Counted from the stretch's first letter, positions 44,471 through 54,556 are shown. The stretch: DNA of 64,000 nt from Parcubacteria group bacterium Licking1014_17 (GCA_007376485.1 VMGJ01000004.1:6717-70716), one strand, 5' to 3'. Notes: generated from the letters alone by a model not told the origin. Numbers and translations are program-made.

Positions 44471-46267
44471 CTATTGAGCTCCGGCCAAATCTTTCTTGGC
44501 TTGCTCAATTTCGAGCAATTGTCTGGGGTCGGAAGTAATAACCTGGTCCTCGGCGTAAGACGCCAACACCCTGATAGCCACGTGGCCTGTGCCGACGAAA
44601 AACAGCCCGTGGCCGACTTTCGCTTCCAAAAGGAAGAATTTTTCAGAATCGGTCAAGTTGAAAACCTGCTGGATTAAATCAATTGACGCCGGCGACTGCC
44701 TAAGCAGTATCTGCATGGACGAGTTCGTGATAATCGGTTTGCCGTAGGTCGAGCTTAACATATCCGGAACGTCCTGGGATATTGTCGTCAGCCCCAGATA
44801 ATATTTTCTGGCGCGCTTGGCGATTCCGAACAAAAAAGCGGCGCCGGCTTCGTGCCTCATCAGCGTCCACGCCTCGTCCACCACCAGTATCCGTTTTTTG
44901 AGCGATGTCCGCACCTGCGTCCAGATAAAATTAAGCACCAGATACATGGCAATTGGTCTTAGCTCTTCTTCCATATCCCTTACGCTGAAAACGATAAACT
45001 GGTTGTCCAGAAGGACGTTGGTCGGATTATTCAAGAATCCGGCGAAAGTCCCCGATGTGTATTTTCTGACGCGCACCACCAGAGATTCGGTGCCGGTCAT
45101 GCCCTCAAGCACGCTCTGGAAGTCCTGCATCATAGGCGGCGCCATATTCGTCGTGTCCTTGGTGTTGTAAGTTATATCTCTTATGGCGTAAGTTTGCGTC
45201 AGCGCTTCGTCAATAATGGCTTCCTCCTGCGGCGTGAGGTCACCCAGCATCAAGCGTATCAAGCCGGTGAGCACCGTGATATGGGAGCGCAAAACGTCCG
45301 CGAAGCTTTCGTCGGGGCGCGGACTCGGCAAATCAAACGGGTTGATGTGGTTTGAGGAAGCTATTGAGATTTTTACGCTTGTGCCGCCGACCGTATCGCA
45401 GAGATATTTAAATTCGTTTTCCGGGTCGATTATAAACTCGTCCACGCCGAACATCAAACTTCGCAGAAGTTCCAGCTTAATCGTGTAACTTTTGCCGGCG
45501 CCCGATTTGGCGAAAACCACCGAATTGGCGTTTTCCAAACTGAAACGGTCAAATATTATCAGAGAATTGTTGTGGAGGTTGATGCCGTACATAATGCCCT
45601 TATCCCTCGTCAGATTGTATGAAACAAACGGAAACATTGAGGAAATCGGCTCCGTGTCCAGGGAGGTAAGCACTCCAAGCTCATCCTTATTAAACGGCAA
45701 GGTAGAATTGAAGCCCTCCTTCATTCTGAAAGTCGCCGGCTTGATGTAAATCATCTGGGATTCCGTCATCCCCTTGAGCTGTTTTTCTATCTCATTCAAT
45801 TCCTGCTGTGTTTTGGCGTAAACAGTGATATAAACGCCGATCTGGAAAAACCGGTCCGTGCCCTGCTGGAGCTTGTCGCGGAGCATTTCTATGTCCCCGA
45901 TGGCAGTTTCAATGATCGGATCGCGAACTTTGCCTTTAGCTTGGTCTTCCATTGCCTGCGCCTGAAGTTTCGCCAGCTTATCCCTTAATTTTTTCAGAAT
46001 CTGGCCGGTATCCTGCGGATGAATATAAATGGAAGCATCAAAAGAAATGTCTATATTGATTATCGGGGAAAACCAGCCGGTGGTCAGGAAGCGCGGGTAG
46101 GTGGCGATGAAAAACGTGCGCGCGAATGTATCGCCCATCTGGATATAATTCGCCGTGATGGTAATCGAAGGCGGCGCGATTAATTCGTCAACGCTCTTGT
46201 TTTCTCCGGCAAGCGAATCTATGGGCACTGTTGATATTTGCGGCGATAATTGCTGGTCTTCGTTCAT
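44471..46267 (-). CDS. VirB4/TrbE-family type IV secretion ATPase (ATPase part; N-terminal domain encoded by the adjacent upstream ORF)
   Basis: Walker A FAKSGAGKSY, Walker B RILVVDEAW (DEAW typical of VirB4/TraC), TTISQDVPD motif. Confidence 0.75.
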   Translation of the reverse strand: MNEDQQLSPQISTVPIDSLAGENKSVDELIAPPSITITANYIQMGDTFARTFFIATYPRFLTTGWFSPIINIDISFDASIYIHPQDTGQILKKLRDKLAKLQAQAMEDQAKGKVRDPIIETAIGDIEMLRDKLQQGTDRFFQIGVYITVYAKTQQELNEIEKQLKGMTESQMIYIKPATFRMKEGFNSTLPFNKDELGVLTSLDTEPISSMFPFVSYNLTRDKGIMYGINLHNNSLIIFDRFSLENANSVVFAKSGAGKSYTIKLELLRSLMFGVDEFIIDPENEFKYLCDTVGGTSVKISIASSNHINPFDLPSPRPDESFADVLRSHITVLTGLIRLMLGDLTPQEEAIIDEALTQTYAIRDITYNTKDTTNMAPPMMQDFQSVLEGMTGTESLVVRVRKYTSGTFAGFLNNPTNVLLDNQFIVFSVRDMEEELRPIAMYLVLNFIWTQVRTSLKKRILVVDEAWTLMRHEAGAAFLFGIAKRARKYYLGLTTISQDVPDMLSSTYGKPIITNSSMQILLRQSPASIDLIQQVFNLTDSEKFFLLEAKVGHGLFFVGTGHVAIRVLASYAEDQVITSDPRQLLEIEQAKKDLAGAQ

Positions 46268-46272
46268 ATTAG

Positions 46273-46923
46273 TTATAATTTACCCCCCGGGTTATAGTAG
46301 CCGTATAAAACTTTTTTTAATTCCTCTTCTTCAAGTACGATGGTAGTGATGCCCATTCCGCCAAGCCCGCCGCAGATGACGCCGATTCTCTGATCCAGCT
46401 GGATTTTAAGCGATTCAAATTCCTGGTCGGTCATTGACGCCGCCGCGCCGCCGGAAGATTTAAACATGCCCGTGAACTCGCTAAGCAGTCCCTTGGTTCT
46501 CTGCTGGGCGCTGGCTGTTTCCAGCCTGTAAAACGGGACTGAAATGTAAAAATGTTTCTCCATGATATTGGACAGTTCCGATAATCCCTTAATAAACCTC
46601 GCGTATTCGGCAACCTGTATTTTTAAGAGCTCATTGGTGATGCCGGTTCCCGCCTCTTCTATGGATTTCAGATACGGCTCCAAATCCATCTTCCGCGAAT
46701 TAATGAGAATCTGGGTCGTGAAATCAACGGAATTGATAAAGTTCTGGAACGCCTGGACCAGTGCCACCTTTTCATCGGAAGATTTCAAGTCAAAATTGAC
46801 GGAGCCGACGTCAATAACCGAACGCAAAGAACCGTCTTTCATTATCGCCACCGATTCCCTAATTTCGGCGATCAGAACGAAATCTTTAGTGGTTTTTGCC
46901 GTTGGTTTTTTTGAATCAAACAT
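46273..46923 (-). CDS. VirB4 N-terminal (CagE/TrbE/VirB-type) domain as a separate ORF
   Basis: 216 aa; FVLIAEIRESVAIMKDGSLRSVIDVGSVNFDLKSSDEK... matches the VirB4 N-domain pattern; 5-nt gap and +2 frame offset to the ATPase ORF across a C6 homopolymer (46283-46288). Confidence 0.55.
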   Translation of the reverse strand: MFDSKKPTAKTTKDFVLIAEIRESVAIMKDGSLRSVIDVGSVNFDLKSSDEKVALVQAFQNFINSVDFTTQILINSRKMDLEPYLKSIEEAGTGITNELLKIQVAEYARFIKGLSELSNIMEKHFYISVPFYRLETASAQQRTKGLLSEFTGMFKSSGGAAASMTDQEFESLKIQLDQRIGVICGGLGGMGITTIVLEEEELKKVLYGYYNPGGKL

Positions 46924-46929
46924 ATTTGT

Positions 46930-47334
46930 TTACTGGTATTTTTCAATTATAACATCACCCTCTTTGGTTTTGGTAGCTTCCTGCTGTTCCTGCGCCGCCA
47001 CCGCTTCTTTCCTGCCTTCCTCGCTCGGGATTATCTGGCCCATCTGCTGGCTGGCCGACTCGTTGGTGTAGGAATATTTTTTGCCGCTCAATAAAAACGA
47101 CAAAGTTATACCGATGTATTTGGGGAGCGGGATGCCTTCAGGTTTAGCAAAAGCCAGCGCCGCGAAAATTATGGCTATCGGAAGGGAGGCGATAATAAAA
47201 AAGACCCCGCTCAGCGCGAAATGGAGAAAAAAAATAATAACGGCGCCGATAGCGACGAAAATAAACTGGCGCAAAGTGAAAGGGCCGACTATTTTCGGTT
47301 CCATTTCTATAAATTGTGGCACTTGGTAGCGCAT
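46930..47334 (-). CDS. PrgI/VirB3-like small 2-TM T4SS protein
   Basis: 134 aa; QVPQFIEMEPKIVGPFTLRQFIF + two TM helices, directly upstream of VirB4 as in Gram-positive T4SS. Confidence 0.55.
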   Translation of the reverse strand: MRYQVPQFIEMEPKIVGPFTLRQFIFVAIGAVIIFFLHFALSGVFFIIASLPIAIIFAALAFAKPEGIPLPKYIGITLSFLLSGKKYSYTNESASQQMGQIIPSEEGRKEAVAAQEQQEATKTKEGDVIIEKYQ

Positions 47335-47906
47335 TATTTTTGGGTGTCGCTTAAATCAATAACGTCCGAGTAATTTCTGAACTGGGGCGGCTGGGCTGGC
47401 GGAGGCGGTGGGGGTGTTTTGGTTGGTTCGGTGGAAACGGCTGATGGGGCGGACTGGACTGGTTTTTGGACTGACGCCGGCGGTTGCGTTATCACAGCCG
47501 GTCTATACGGCGCGGGACCCCTTCTGGCAATCTGCGACTGCACTTTTTTAATGTCTTCCAGCGCCGGCGTCAGCACTTCGGCGATAAGATTATTCACCAA
47601 TTCCCGGGCGAGATTATCATCTGTGCCGAGCTTAGTTTTGACCATATTCACCATATTTCCGATGTATTCGTCGCCGATAAGAATATCGCGGATGATAATG
47701 GCAAATTTTACGCCTTGCTCACTGCTTATTTTATTACTCGCTATAAGCCCACATATAAACTCCGCGACAGGCATATCTATAATTAAATCTTTGATTGTTA
47801 CTGGTATTTTTGCCAACTTGGACTCAAAAAATTCCATAGCAATCTGGTCCATCTTTCCGGCAAAATATGGAGTGAAGGTAAAATATTGTTCTGTGCTTAT
47901 TCCCAT
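47334..47906 (-). CDS. hypothetical cytoplasmic protein with Pro-rich C-terminus (T4SS cluster member)
   Basis: ORF, translationally coupled (1-nt overlap) to PrgI-like gene. Confidence 0.4.
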   Translation of the reverse strand: MGISTEQYFTFTPYFAGKMDQIAMEFFESKLAKIPVTIKDLIIDMPVAEFICGLIASNKISSEQGVKFAIIIRDILIGDEYIGNMVNMVKTKLGTDDNLARELVNNLIAEVLTPALEDIKKVQSQIARRGPAPYRPAVITQPPASVQKPVQSAPSAVSTEPTKTPPPPPPAQPPQFRNYSDVIDLSDTQK

Positions 47907-47933
47907 GACTATTATTTATTAATCACATGGTCG

Positions 47934-50657
47934 TTAGTACTTTGATCGTATTGCGCTGGTAGTTTGGGAAAGGAATCTACCCAATATCCTGGGGCTAACG
48001 CTTGTTTTAACCATAGCTACCATAGCTGGATCATTGTGGAAGTCAAAACTCAACTCTCTCAATCCCTGAGCGTCAATACTCTTTATCTTTTCATCCAACA
48101 GTCTATTGATTTCGGCGTCTTTGGCCGTTGGTGTGTTCGCAACAGTACCAGCCTGCACTGCCAATTCCGTCATATGATTAGCCCATATCTTGGGATTATA
48201 CGCATTGACGGTTTTCACTAACTTGGCACCTTCAGCAGAATCTTTGCCGCCCAAAGCTTCAAGCGCATTCTTAAACCCGTCATAGGAATCAATCTCCTTG
48301 TCTTCATTCATCGCGTTAACCAATTCTTTATGCCTGTTTCCAATTTCTTTGAGTTGTTCCATAACATCCGCAAGTTTCAACGCCGCCTGCCTTTCATTTT
48401 TCTTGCTTAGGTCATAAACATTTCCGGCGGAATCTTTAACCTTAATAGCCTCAACCCTGATTGATTCGTAAAACTCTTTCTTTTCGTTCGGGTCAGCATA
48501 CATCTCCGCGACTTTATTTATGTCGCCAATCTCATTAATCTTATTATTTTTGGCCAATTGACTGGCAGCGAGCTTGCGAGTTTCAACATCGGCTTCTGTT
48601 TTGAGTCCTCCGACTTCTTCGCCTTTTGCCAATTTAAGAAGATCAGAATCAACCCCAGGCGTACTGCTGATGTCACTAATTTTAAGTTGCTTGATACCGC
48701 CCTTCTTGAGTGACGCAACCAGCGCTTTGCCTTCAGCTGTGTATTCGCCGCCGGCGTTCTTGAGAGCTTTCTTAAATTCTTCAAATGAACCAACTCTCTG
48801 ATTTTCAAGCTGGATAGCCATCGCCGCCGCGCCGGTTTTACCCCGCGCACCAGATTGCCCTTTAATGAAGTCCAATTTCTCCTGGTCGGTTTTCTTTGAA
48901 TTCATTATTCTTTCAATTCTTGACCTCTCGTCGGTAAATTGTTTCGCTCTTTCTCCTTGATACATTCCTGCCGCCGCGCTGCCGCCGAACAATTCGGCGG
49001 TTCTCATCTGAGTCCGTCTGAAGTTCTGGGCGCCAAAGAAGCGGGTGCCGCCTATGCCGACACCGCGTTCCGCTATATCCTTGCCTCTGGCGGTTAAGCC
49101 GGTCTTGATGCCCTCAACCACTCTGGCGCCCGGGACAAAGCGTTTGATACCGGCGGACATCCTGCCGAAAGAAGTAGCCCCCGCTCCGGCCAGTTGCCCC
49201 GTAATGTCAAAAGCCAGCTTCAATCCGTACACCAGAAATATCAGAGTCAGGACGTAAAAAATAATATCATTGAGAGGAAAAACATCAAAAAAAGAACCGC
49301 TCGGTCCGGAACCCACCACCGCACCCACACTGGCTTTGCCTTGGATGAAAATAACGGCAAACATAAGGAAAAACAGGTATATGGGCACAAAGAAAGTCCA
49401 TTGGAGAAAATTGCTCCACCACTTTGTCCAGGTAGAAGCCTTTAACTTCGGTATCATATAGCCAAACCATGCTATCGGCGAAAGAATCATCAGAAACCAC
49501 AAAATCGGGATGCGGACAAACGCGAACGTGGTGGCTGTCAGAAGAGCGAACAGCGCAAAAAGAAGGAAGATTATTATAAATATACCGCCTATAATCGGGT
49601 GACCGGCCATATAAGCGGCCCCGGCCGAGAGAGTGCCATCGGCATTCGCCGCTCCGGCAGTCGTAAACGTGCTTATGGCGAGCCCGTTCGCAAGACTACC
49701 GTCCAAAGTGTTGCCGAATTTGGTAACTTCGTTTAAAAATACCTGGCTTATGCCTCCCGAAAGCTCCACTAAATATCTGGCTATTTCCATACTGAAATTA
49801 ATCAGCAAGGCGGAAGCGAGAAACTTAGGCATCAAGCTAGACCAGACATATTCTTTGATGTTAAAGATAGTGCCGAAAGCCATAATTATTAAAACTAAGA
49901 TGAAGAACAAATTGACAAAGTTTTTTATATTCATCCAGCTGTCTATGACCACGTCTGGCGGTTTGCTGGAAGCTATGCCCAAGAGTATAACCAAGATACC
50001 GGTAACCCAGCCCATAACGGTTGTTAAAAGGAACTCTATGGCGCCAATTATGACAAGAGCCAGGTCCGTCAGGCAGGCTTTTATGTTGGTCACATACGGA
50101 AACGAACAGGTACTCTTATTTTGTGAATTTATCGCAACTTTTATCGGGTCAGTTTGATTGGTGACCCGCAAATCATAAGCGCCTTCTGATAATTCATCGC
50201 TTAATTTCTGTTTTTCATTTCGTATATCCTCGCATCGGCTTTTATTTGGTCCGTTTGAACCGATTTGGTTCTTGCAATCCAGCTTTACCCATTCATCATC
50301 CAGTAATTGGGTCTGTAATCTGTTTTTCTGTTCGCCCAATACGACTATTTTATCGGCAATATCTTTGCAATCGGAGCTTATCTGCCCACTTTTGATTAAA
50401 TCGTCACAGCCCAAACTCACATATACGACACCCGCTGCCTTTAGCTGTTGGTCTATGTATTCTATTTGCTGTTCGGGCGTTCTACCGGCCGGACTTGCCG
50501 AAGAATTGCCCGCCGGTGCCGATCCCGCGTCGCCTCCTTGAGCCCAGGCAGGACTAGCGCTGCTGGCTGATAAAATTAAAAAAACGAATGCGCCCGCCGC
50601 CATGGCAAATATTTTTGCCGCAAGTTTAAATTTGCTTTTTTGCTTGGGAATTATCAT
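47934..50657 (-). CDS. VirB6/TrbL-like large polytopic membrane protein (signal peptide, Cys-containing extracellular domain, ~8 TM core, ~400-aa coiled-coil cytoplasmic tail)
   Basis: 907 aa; hydropathy layout typical of T4SS channel component; position upstream of PrgI-like/VirB4. Confidence 0.45.
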   Translation of the reverse strand: MIIPKQKSKFKLAAKIFAMAAGAFVFLILSASSASPAWAQGGDAGSAPAGNSSASPAGRTPEQQIEYIDQQLKAAGVVYVSLGCDDLIKSGQISSDCKDIADKIVVLGEQKNRLQTQLLDDEWVKLDCKNQIGSNGPNKSRCEDIRNEKQKLSDELSEGAYDLRVTNQTDPIKVAINSQNKSTCSFPYVTNIKACLTDLALVIIGAIEFLLTTVMGWVTGILVILLGIASSKPPDVVIDSWMNIKNFVNLFFILVLIIMAFGTIFNIKEYVWSSLMPKFLASALLINFSMEIARYLVELSGGISQVFLNEVTKFGNTLDGSLANGLAISTFTTAGAANADGTLSAGAAYMAGHPIIGGIFIIIFLLFALFALLTATTFAFVRIPILWFLMILSPIAWFGYMIPKLKASTWTKWWSNFLQWTFFVPIYLFFLMFAVIFIQGKASVGAVVGSGPSGSFFDVFPLNDIIFYVLTLIFLVYGLKLAFDITGQLAGAGATSFGRMSAGIKRFVPGARVVEGIKTGLTARGKDIAERGVGIGGTRFFGAQNFRRTQMRTAELFGGSAAAGMYQGERAKQFTDERSRIERIMNSKKTDQEKLDFIKGQSGARGKTGAAAMAIQLENQRVGSFEEFKKALKNAGGEYTAEGKALVASLKKGGIKQLKISDISSTPGVDSDLLKLAKGEEVGGLKTEADVETRKLAASQLAKNNKINEIGDINKVAEMYADPNEKKEFYESIRVEAIKVKDSAGNVYDLSKKNERQAALKLADVMEQLKEIGNRHKELVNAMNEDKEIDSYDGFKNALEALGGKDSAEGAKLVKTVNAYNPKIWANHMTELAVQAGTVANTPTAKDAEINRLLDEKIKSIDAQGLRELSFDFHNDPAMVAMVKTSVSPRILGRFLSQTTSAIRSKY

Positions 50658-51883
50658 TGTCCGTTTTCCAAATTCTGCATCTGCTCATCAAAACTCGGCG
50701 GCTGCTGGCTGGTAACACACTGGTCACGCTGGCATTTTCTCGTTTCTTCCCCGACGCAGATATTATAAGCGTTTGGATTCCCCGTCGTTGTCGGGTTATT
50801 GCATGAAATTCTCGCCATGGCTTCACACTGGGAATCGCATTTTTGATTGTTGGCTGTTTGCGCGCCGGCGGCTGATCCTTGCCCCTGTTGGCGTATACCG
50901 TCCGCCTGATTCTGCAAAATCTTGTCGTCCGCGGTTTGCAAGGCGGCGTCGGTGACATCGGTGATGACCCCCGAGCACAATTCATTGCCGCCGCAGAGGT
51001 TTTTCAGCCGGTTTATAACTATACCCATGGCCACAGTCACAAGTTCGCCAATTTCGTCCGTGCCGGTAACCCAGTCGAATTCTTTGGTTATAACCCCCGC
51101 CGCCGCTTCCGCTGAAACCTTACCCGGGGTCACAATAGTATCCAGGAGAGAATCGGTGACTCTTTTACCTATAAAACCGCTCCCGGCGACACCTTCATCA
51201 ATGCTTGCCTGCTTGCTCTCATCCTTTATCTTGGCTAAATATTCGCGGCTTTGAAGCAACACGGAAAAGAAGTTATTTTCCGGCGCGAGGAGTGCTTCAG
51301 CCGCTTCCCAACCGCCGTTGCTGAAATCTTTTTTGAAATCGTCTATTGAGAAGGCTTTTGCCGTGCCGTCGGGCATGACTATCGTTTCCGGCAGAGTGCA
51401 CTGGGTCATTAAATTGAAAGGCAAGTCTGCGTCAATTCTTCGACGGTCGGGGCTGGCTATTTCAGCCTCGCTTTCTGTCAGTTTTCTGGCTCCGAATATT
51501 TGCCCTATCACTGGCGTGAGGTATTTGCACCACGTGGGTTCGTAAGACGTCTCACTGCCGTAAGCGGCAAGAGAAATATTCATCCAGCCCAACTTAGAGC
51601 CCAAATCCGTATTTGTCATCCGCCAGTTCATGTAGTCGGTTATCCATAACGGCGAGTTTTTTACCCCGCCGGTCACGATATTTTCCAGCACGCCCGAGCT
51701 CATTTTCCGGAAAACCATATTCGCCAAAACGCGGGTCAGTGGATCTAAAACTAATTCCTTTTTCAGTAAAAGCCATTGGGCCACTCCTCCGGCGTGAGCT
51801 GTTTCAATTGGATAGACAAAAATACACAACGGAATAATTGCGACTAGTATTGATATAATGACCGATTTTCGAAGCTGTTTCAT
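50654..51883 (-). CDS. secreted hypothetical protein with Cys-rich C-terminus
   Basis: Signal peptide; C-terminal CDSQCEAMARISCNNP...CVGEETRKCQRDQC. Confidence 0.4.
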   Translation of the reverse strand: MKQLRKSVIISILVAIIPLCIFVYPIETAHAGGVAQWLLLKKELVLDPLTRVLANMVFRKMSSGVLENIVTGGVKNSPLWITDYMNWRMTNTDLGSKLGWMNISLAAYGSETSYEPTWCKYLTPVIGQIFGARKLTESEAEIASPDRRRIDADLPFNLMTQCTLPETIVMPDGTAKAFSIDDFKKDFSNGGWEAAEALLAPENNFFSVLLQSREYLAKIKDESKQASIDEGVAGSGFIGKRVTDSLLDTIVTPGKVSAEAAAGVITKEFDWVTGTDEIGELVTVAMGIVINRLKNLCGGNELCSGVITDVTDAALQTADDKILQNQADGIRQQGQGSAAGAQTANNQKCDSQCEAMARISCNNPTTTGNPNAYNICVGEETRKCQRDQCVTSQQPPSFDEQMQNLENGQ

Positions 51884-52938
51884 TGCGGAGATTGTCCGTT
51901 TAGTAAATTCAATGTTTTAAACAGCGTTGTTTCGGGCACGGCCAGTTTGCCGTCGCTTATCAATTTGCCGAATCCGCTGATGATTCCGGTAAACTCGGAA
52001 AAATAGCCGGTGATTTGATCCAAAGCCACCAAACCGAGAACGGGATCGTCGCTGGCTTTTTTAAGCTGCAGAAAATCATTCGAAAGATTCAGAGAAACCT
52101 CCATCAGATGTTCGTGCCATTTTCTGAATCTCGGTGGTACCCTGATAGTCGATAATCTGTCGTGCATATCGGAATAAGTGGAAGATATGGTCGTCAGTTT
52201 TTCGCTCGCCGCGTTATTGTCGCCCATTGTGAAATCCTGAACCATTTTTATCAGCAAGGGCTGTTGGCCGTTGTATATGGAAATGAAATTTGGCTCTATC
52301 ATTTCCGAAAAATCCGAAAGATATTTTTCTTCGGATGCTTTCATATCGGTCGAGGAAATAATTTTGCTTGCGTCCACCTGCAGTTTCGGGAGCGCTTCAT
52401 CAAGCGTCGCCATGGCTATTAGATTAAGAGTGTTCGTCGGGTCGGCGCTGTCTTTCATGGCTAAAGTTATGTCTCCGGCCAAATATCCGCCGACAGTTCT
52501 GTTTATCAGAGCCATGGTTAGATTTTTTGAGTTCATATCCAGCGCGACGGCTTTGTCTTTCGCGGCTTTGTTTTCGTCAAAACTCGGGTCGTAACCGGCG
52601 GCGACCTCTTCGCCGTCAATATAGCCGTCGTTATCGGTATCTTTAAGCATTGTGTCAGATGCATATCTTGATTCAGCGGCGTCAGGTAAGCCGTCGCCGT
52701 CTTTGTCGGTTACGTTGTTGTAGATAAGCACGGGCTGTCGCGCCGCGCCGGCTTCGGTAACCGTCCCGTCGCTGTTTGTTATCGTGCCCGATATGTTGGC
52801 GGTCAGATGGGAACCGAAAAATCCGAAAATCCTAAAAACAAAAACCAAAGCCAGCGCCGAAAGCACGCCCAGAACGGTTTTTAATTTTGGAGACATCCGC
52901 CTTAAATCACTTATGAACTTTTTTAAAGGATAATCCAT
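51880..52938 (-). CDS. secreted protein with thrombospondin-type-3-like Ca-binding repeats (DKDGDGLPD, DTDNDGYIDGEE)
   Basis: ORF translation. Confidence 0.4.
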   Translation of the reverse strand: MDYPLKKFISDLRRMSPKLKTVLGVLSALALVFVFRIFGFFGSHLTANISGTITNSDGTVTEAGAARQPVLIYNNVTDKDGDGLPDAAESRYASDTMLKDTDNDGYIDGEEVAAGYDPSFDENKAAKDKAVALDMNSKNLTMALINRTVGGYLAGDITLAMKDSADPTNTLNLIAMATLDEALPKLQVDASKIISSTDMKASEEKYLSDFSEMIEPNFISIYNGQQPLLIKMVQDFTMGDNNAASEKLTTISSTYSDMHDRLSTIRVPPRFRKWHEHLMEVSLNLSNDFLQLKKASDDPVLGLVALDQITGYFSEFTGIISGFGKLISDGKLAVPETTLFKTLNLLNGQSPQ

Positions 52939-54556
52939 GTTTTTTGAAATTATTTATAAGGCAAAAAACGGCTACGCAAAAGAATGGAATTAATATCCAA
53001 TCGCCAAACCTATTATACCATGTTTTTTTGCGCGGGATGTATATAGTTCCTGTTAATAACTCCGAGTCCTTGTTTTGGGCGGTTTTCGCGGTCAACCCCT
53101 GCCCGTCAACGGCGTAAGAAATGCCCGTGTTTGCCGCCAAAATTATGGGCGTGTTGTTTTCGGCGGCTCTAAGCTTTGCATTGGCTTGGATTTGGCTTAC
53201 CATGGCGCTGTTTCCGTTGAGAAAACCGGTGCTTGATAAGCCGGCAATCACGTCCGATGTTTTAGCCACACCGCGCACGAATCCCGGTGAAAAGAAATCG
53301 GAGCAGATTGCGGAACCGACGCGGAACAAACCGGCGAAATCCACGCCTTTCGGCTCATTCTGTTTCCCGGGCGCGAGATCTCTCGTCCTGCTGAACGATA
53401 CGACGGTTTTGGGCGAGAGAAGTTTTATCGGCAGCTTGAGTATGTATGGGATAAATTCGCCGCCGGGGGACAAAATTCTTTTATCGTAAAAACCGATATA
53501 TCCTTTTTGGCTGTCTATGTAAAGCGCGCGCGAACGGAATTTCCCGTTTTCGTCTATGAATCTCGTCGGCGCCACGGTCAGCACTTCTTTTCCGGGGAAT
53601 ATCTTCTTGAAATATTTTGTTATTTGGTCGGCGCCGAGAAAATTGGAAATATTTTTGATAAAACTTACTGCTTCAGGAAGCACGACCAGCTGGACCTTCG
53701 GGTCCGCGGAATTAATTTTATTCATCAATTCAAGCTGGCTGTTAAAAATTTCCAGCTGTTCCTTGGGCGCGAGGTCGTATTTGCTCGGCTCGTTTGCCTG
53801 GACAATCGCGTATTCCAAGCTTTGGCCGCCGCTCGGCTGATTTTGCGGTTTGGATTTTGGAATTGCCACAAAACAAAGGGCCGCGAGAATAACCGCACCG
53901 GCTACGTAATAACGACGGGGCGGATTTATATTTAATCTTTTTTGATAAAGGGCGAGCAGAAAATAATTTGCCGCCGCGATAACCGTCGTTATGCCGTAAA
54001 TTCCCGTAATCGGCGCGAGCCATATTATAAGCCGGCTGTCCGTGAATAAATACGCAAGGTTGCCGATTGTCCAATGGAATCCGAGTACGCTTCCGGAGCC
54101 GAGCCACGCCACGCCGAAAAAATATGTTCTTAAAAATTCGGCAATTGCGAAAAATGAAACGGCGATGGCAAGTTCAAAATACCACTTTCTCTGGCGCCGG
54201 AGTTCTAACCCCAGAAACAACGAGAACAATCCCCAGAACAGCGAAAAAGCCAGCGTGCTGTAAAGCCAGACAAATGCCACGGTAACAAACGAAAGCAAGG
54301 GACTCATGCCCAGCAGTTCCGCCAGATTGATTGAGAAAAACCATCTGACCGTGTAACCAAAATAAACCGCGCCGGCAGCGAACCCGAGCAAAAAAAGAAA
54401 CTTCTTATTTTTATTTTCCTTTGAAGCGGCGTAAATCGCCCATAAAAGAGGAACCAGCGCAAACCACGCCAAATAACGCAAATATGCGGCTGAAGCGGCG
54501 ACCAAAAGAAGCCCTGAAACTATCGCGGGAATAATGAAACGGTAATATTTTGCCAT
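52907..54556 (-). CDS. lnt: apolipoprotein N-acyltransferase (Lnt; polytopic N-terminus + CN-hydrolase domain)
   Basis: 549 aa; catalytic Glu in LVVLPE, Lys in YDKRILSPGGEFIPY (cf. E. coli YDKHHLVPFGEFVP), Cys in SAICSD. Confidence 0.7.
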   Translation of the reverse strand: MAKYYRFIIPAIVSGLLLVAASAAYLRYLAWFALVPLLWAIYAASKENKNKKFLFLLGFAAGAVYFGYTVRWFFSINLAELLGMSPLLSFVTVAFVWLYSTLAFSLFWGLFSLFLGLELRRQRKWYFELAIAVSFFAIAEFLRTYFFGVAWLGSGSVLGFHWTIGNLAYLFTDSRLIIWLAPITGIYGITTVIAAANYFLLALYQKRLNINPPRRYYVAGAVILAALCFVAIPKSKPQNQPSGGQSLEYAIVQANEPSKYDLAPKEQLEIFNSQLELMNKINSADPKVQLVVLPEAVSFIKNISNFLGADQITKYFKKIFPGKEVLTVAPTRFIDENGKFRSRALYIDSQKGYIGFYDKRILSPGGEFIPYILKLPIKLLSPKTVVSFSRTRDLAPGKQNEPKGVDFAGLFRVGSAICSDFFSPGFVRGVAKTSDVIAGLSSTGFLNGNSAMVSQIQANAKLRAAENNTPIILAANTGISYAVDGQGLTAKTAQNKDSELLTGTIYIPRKKTWYNRFGDWILIPFFCVAVFCLINNFKKHGLSFKKVHK

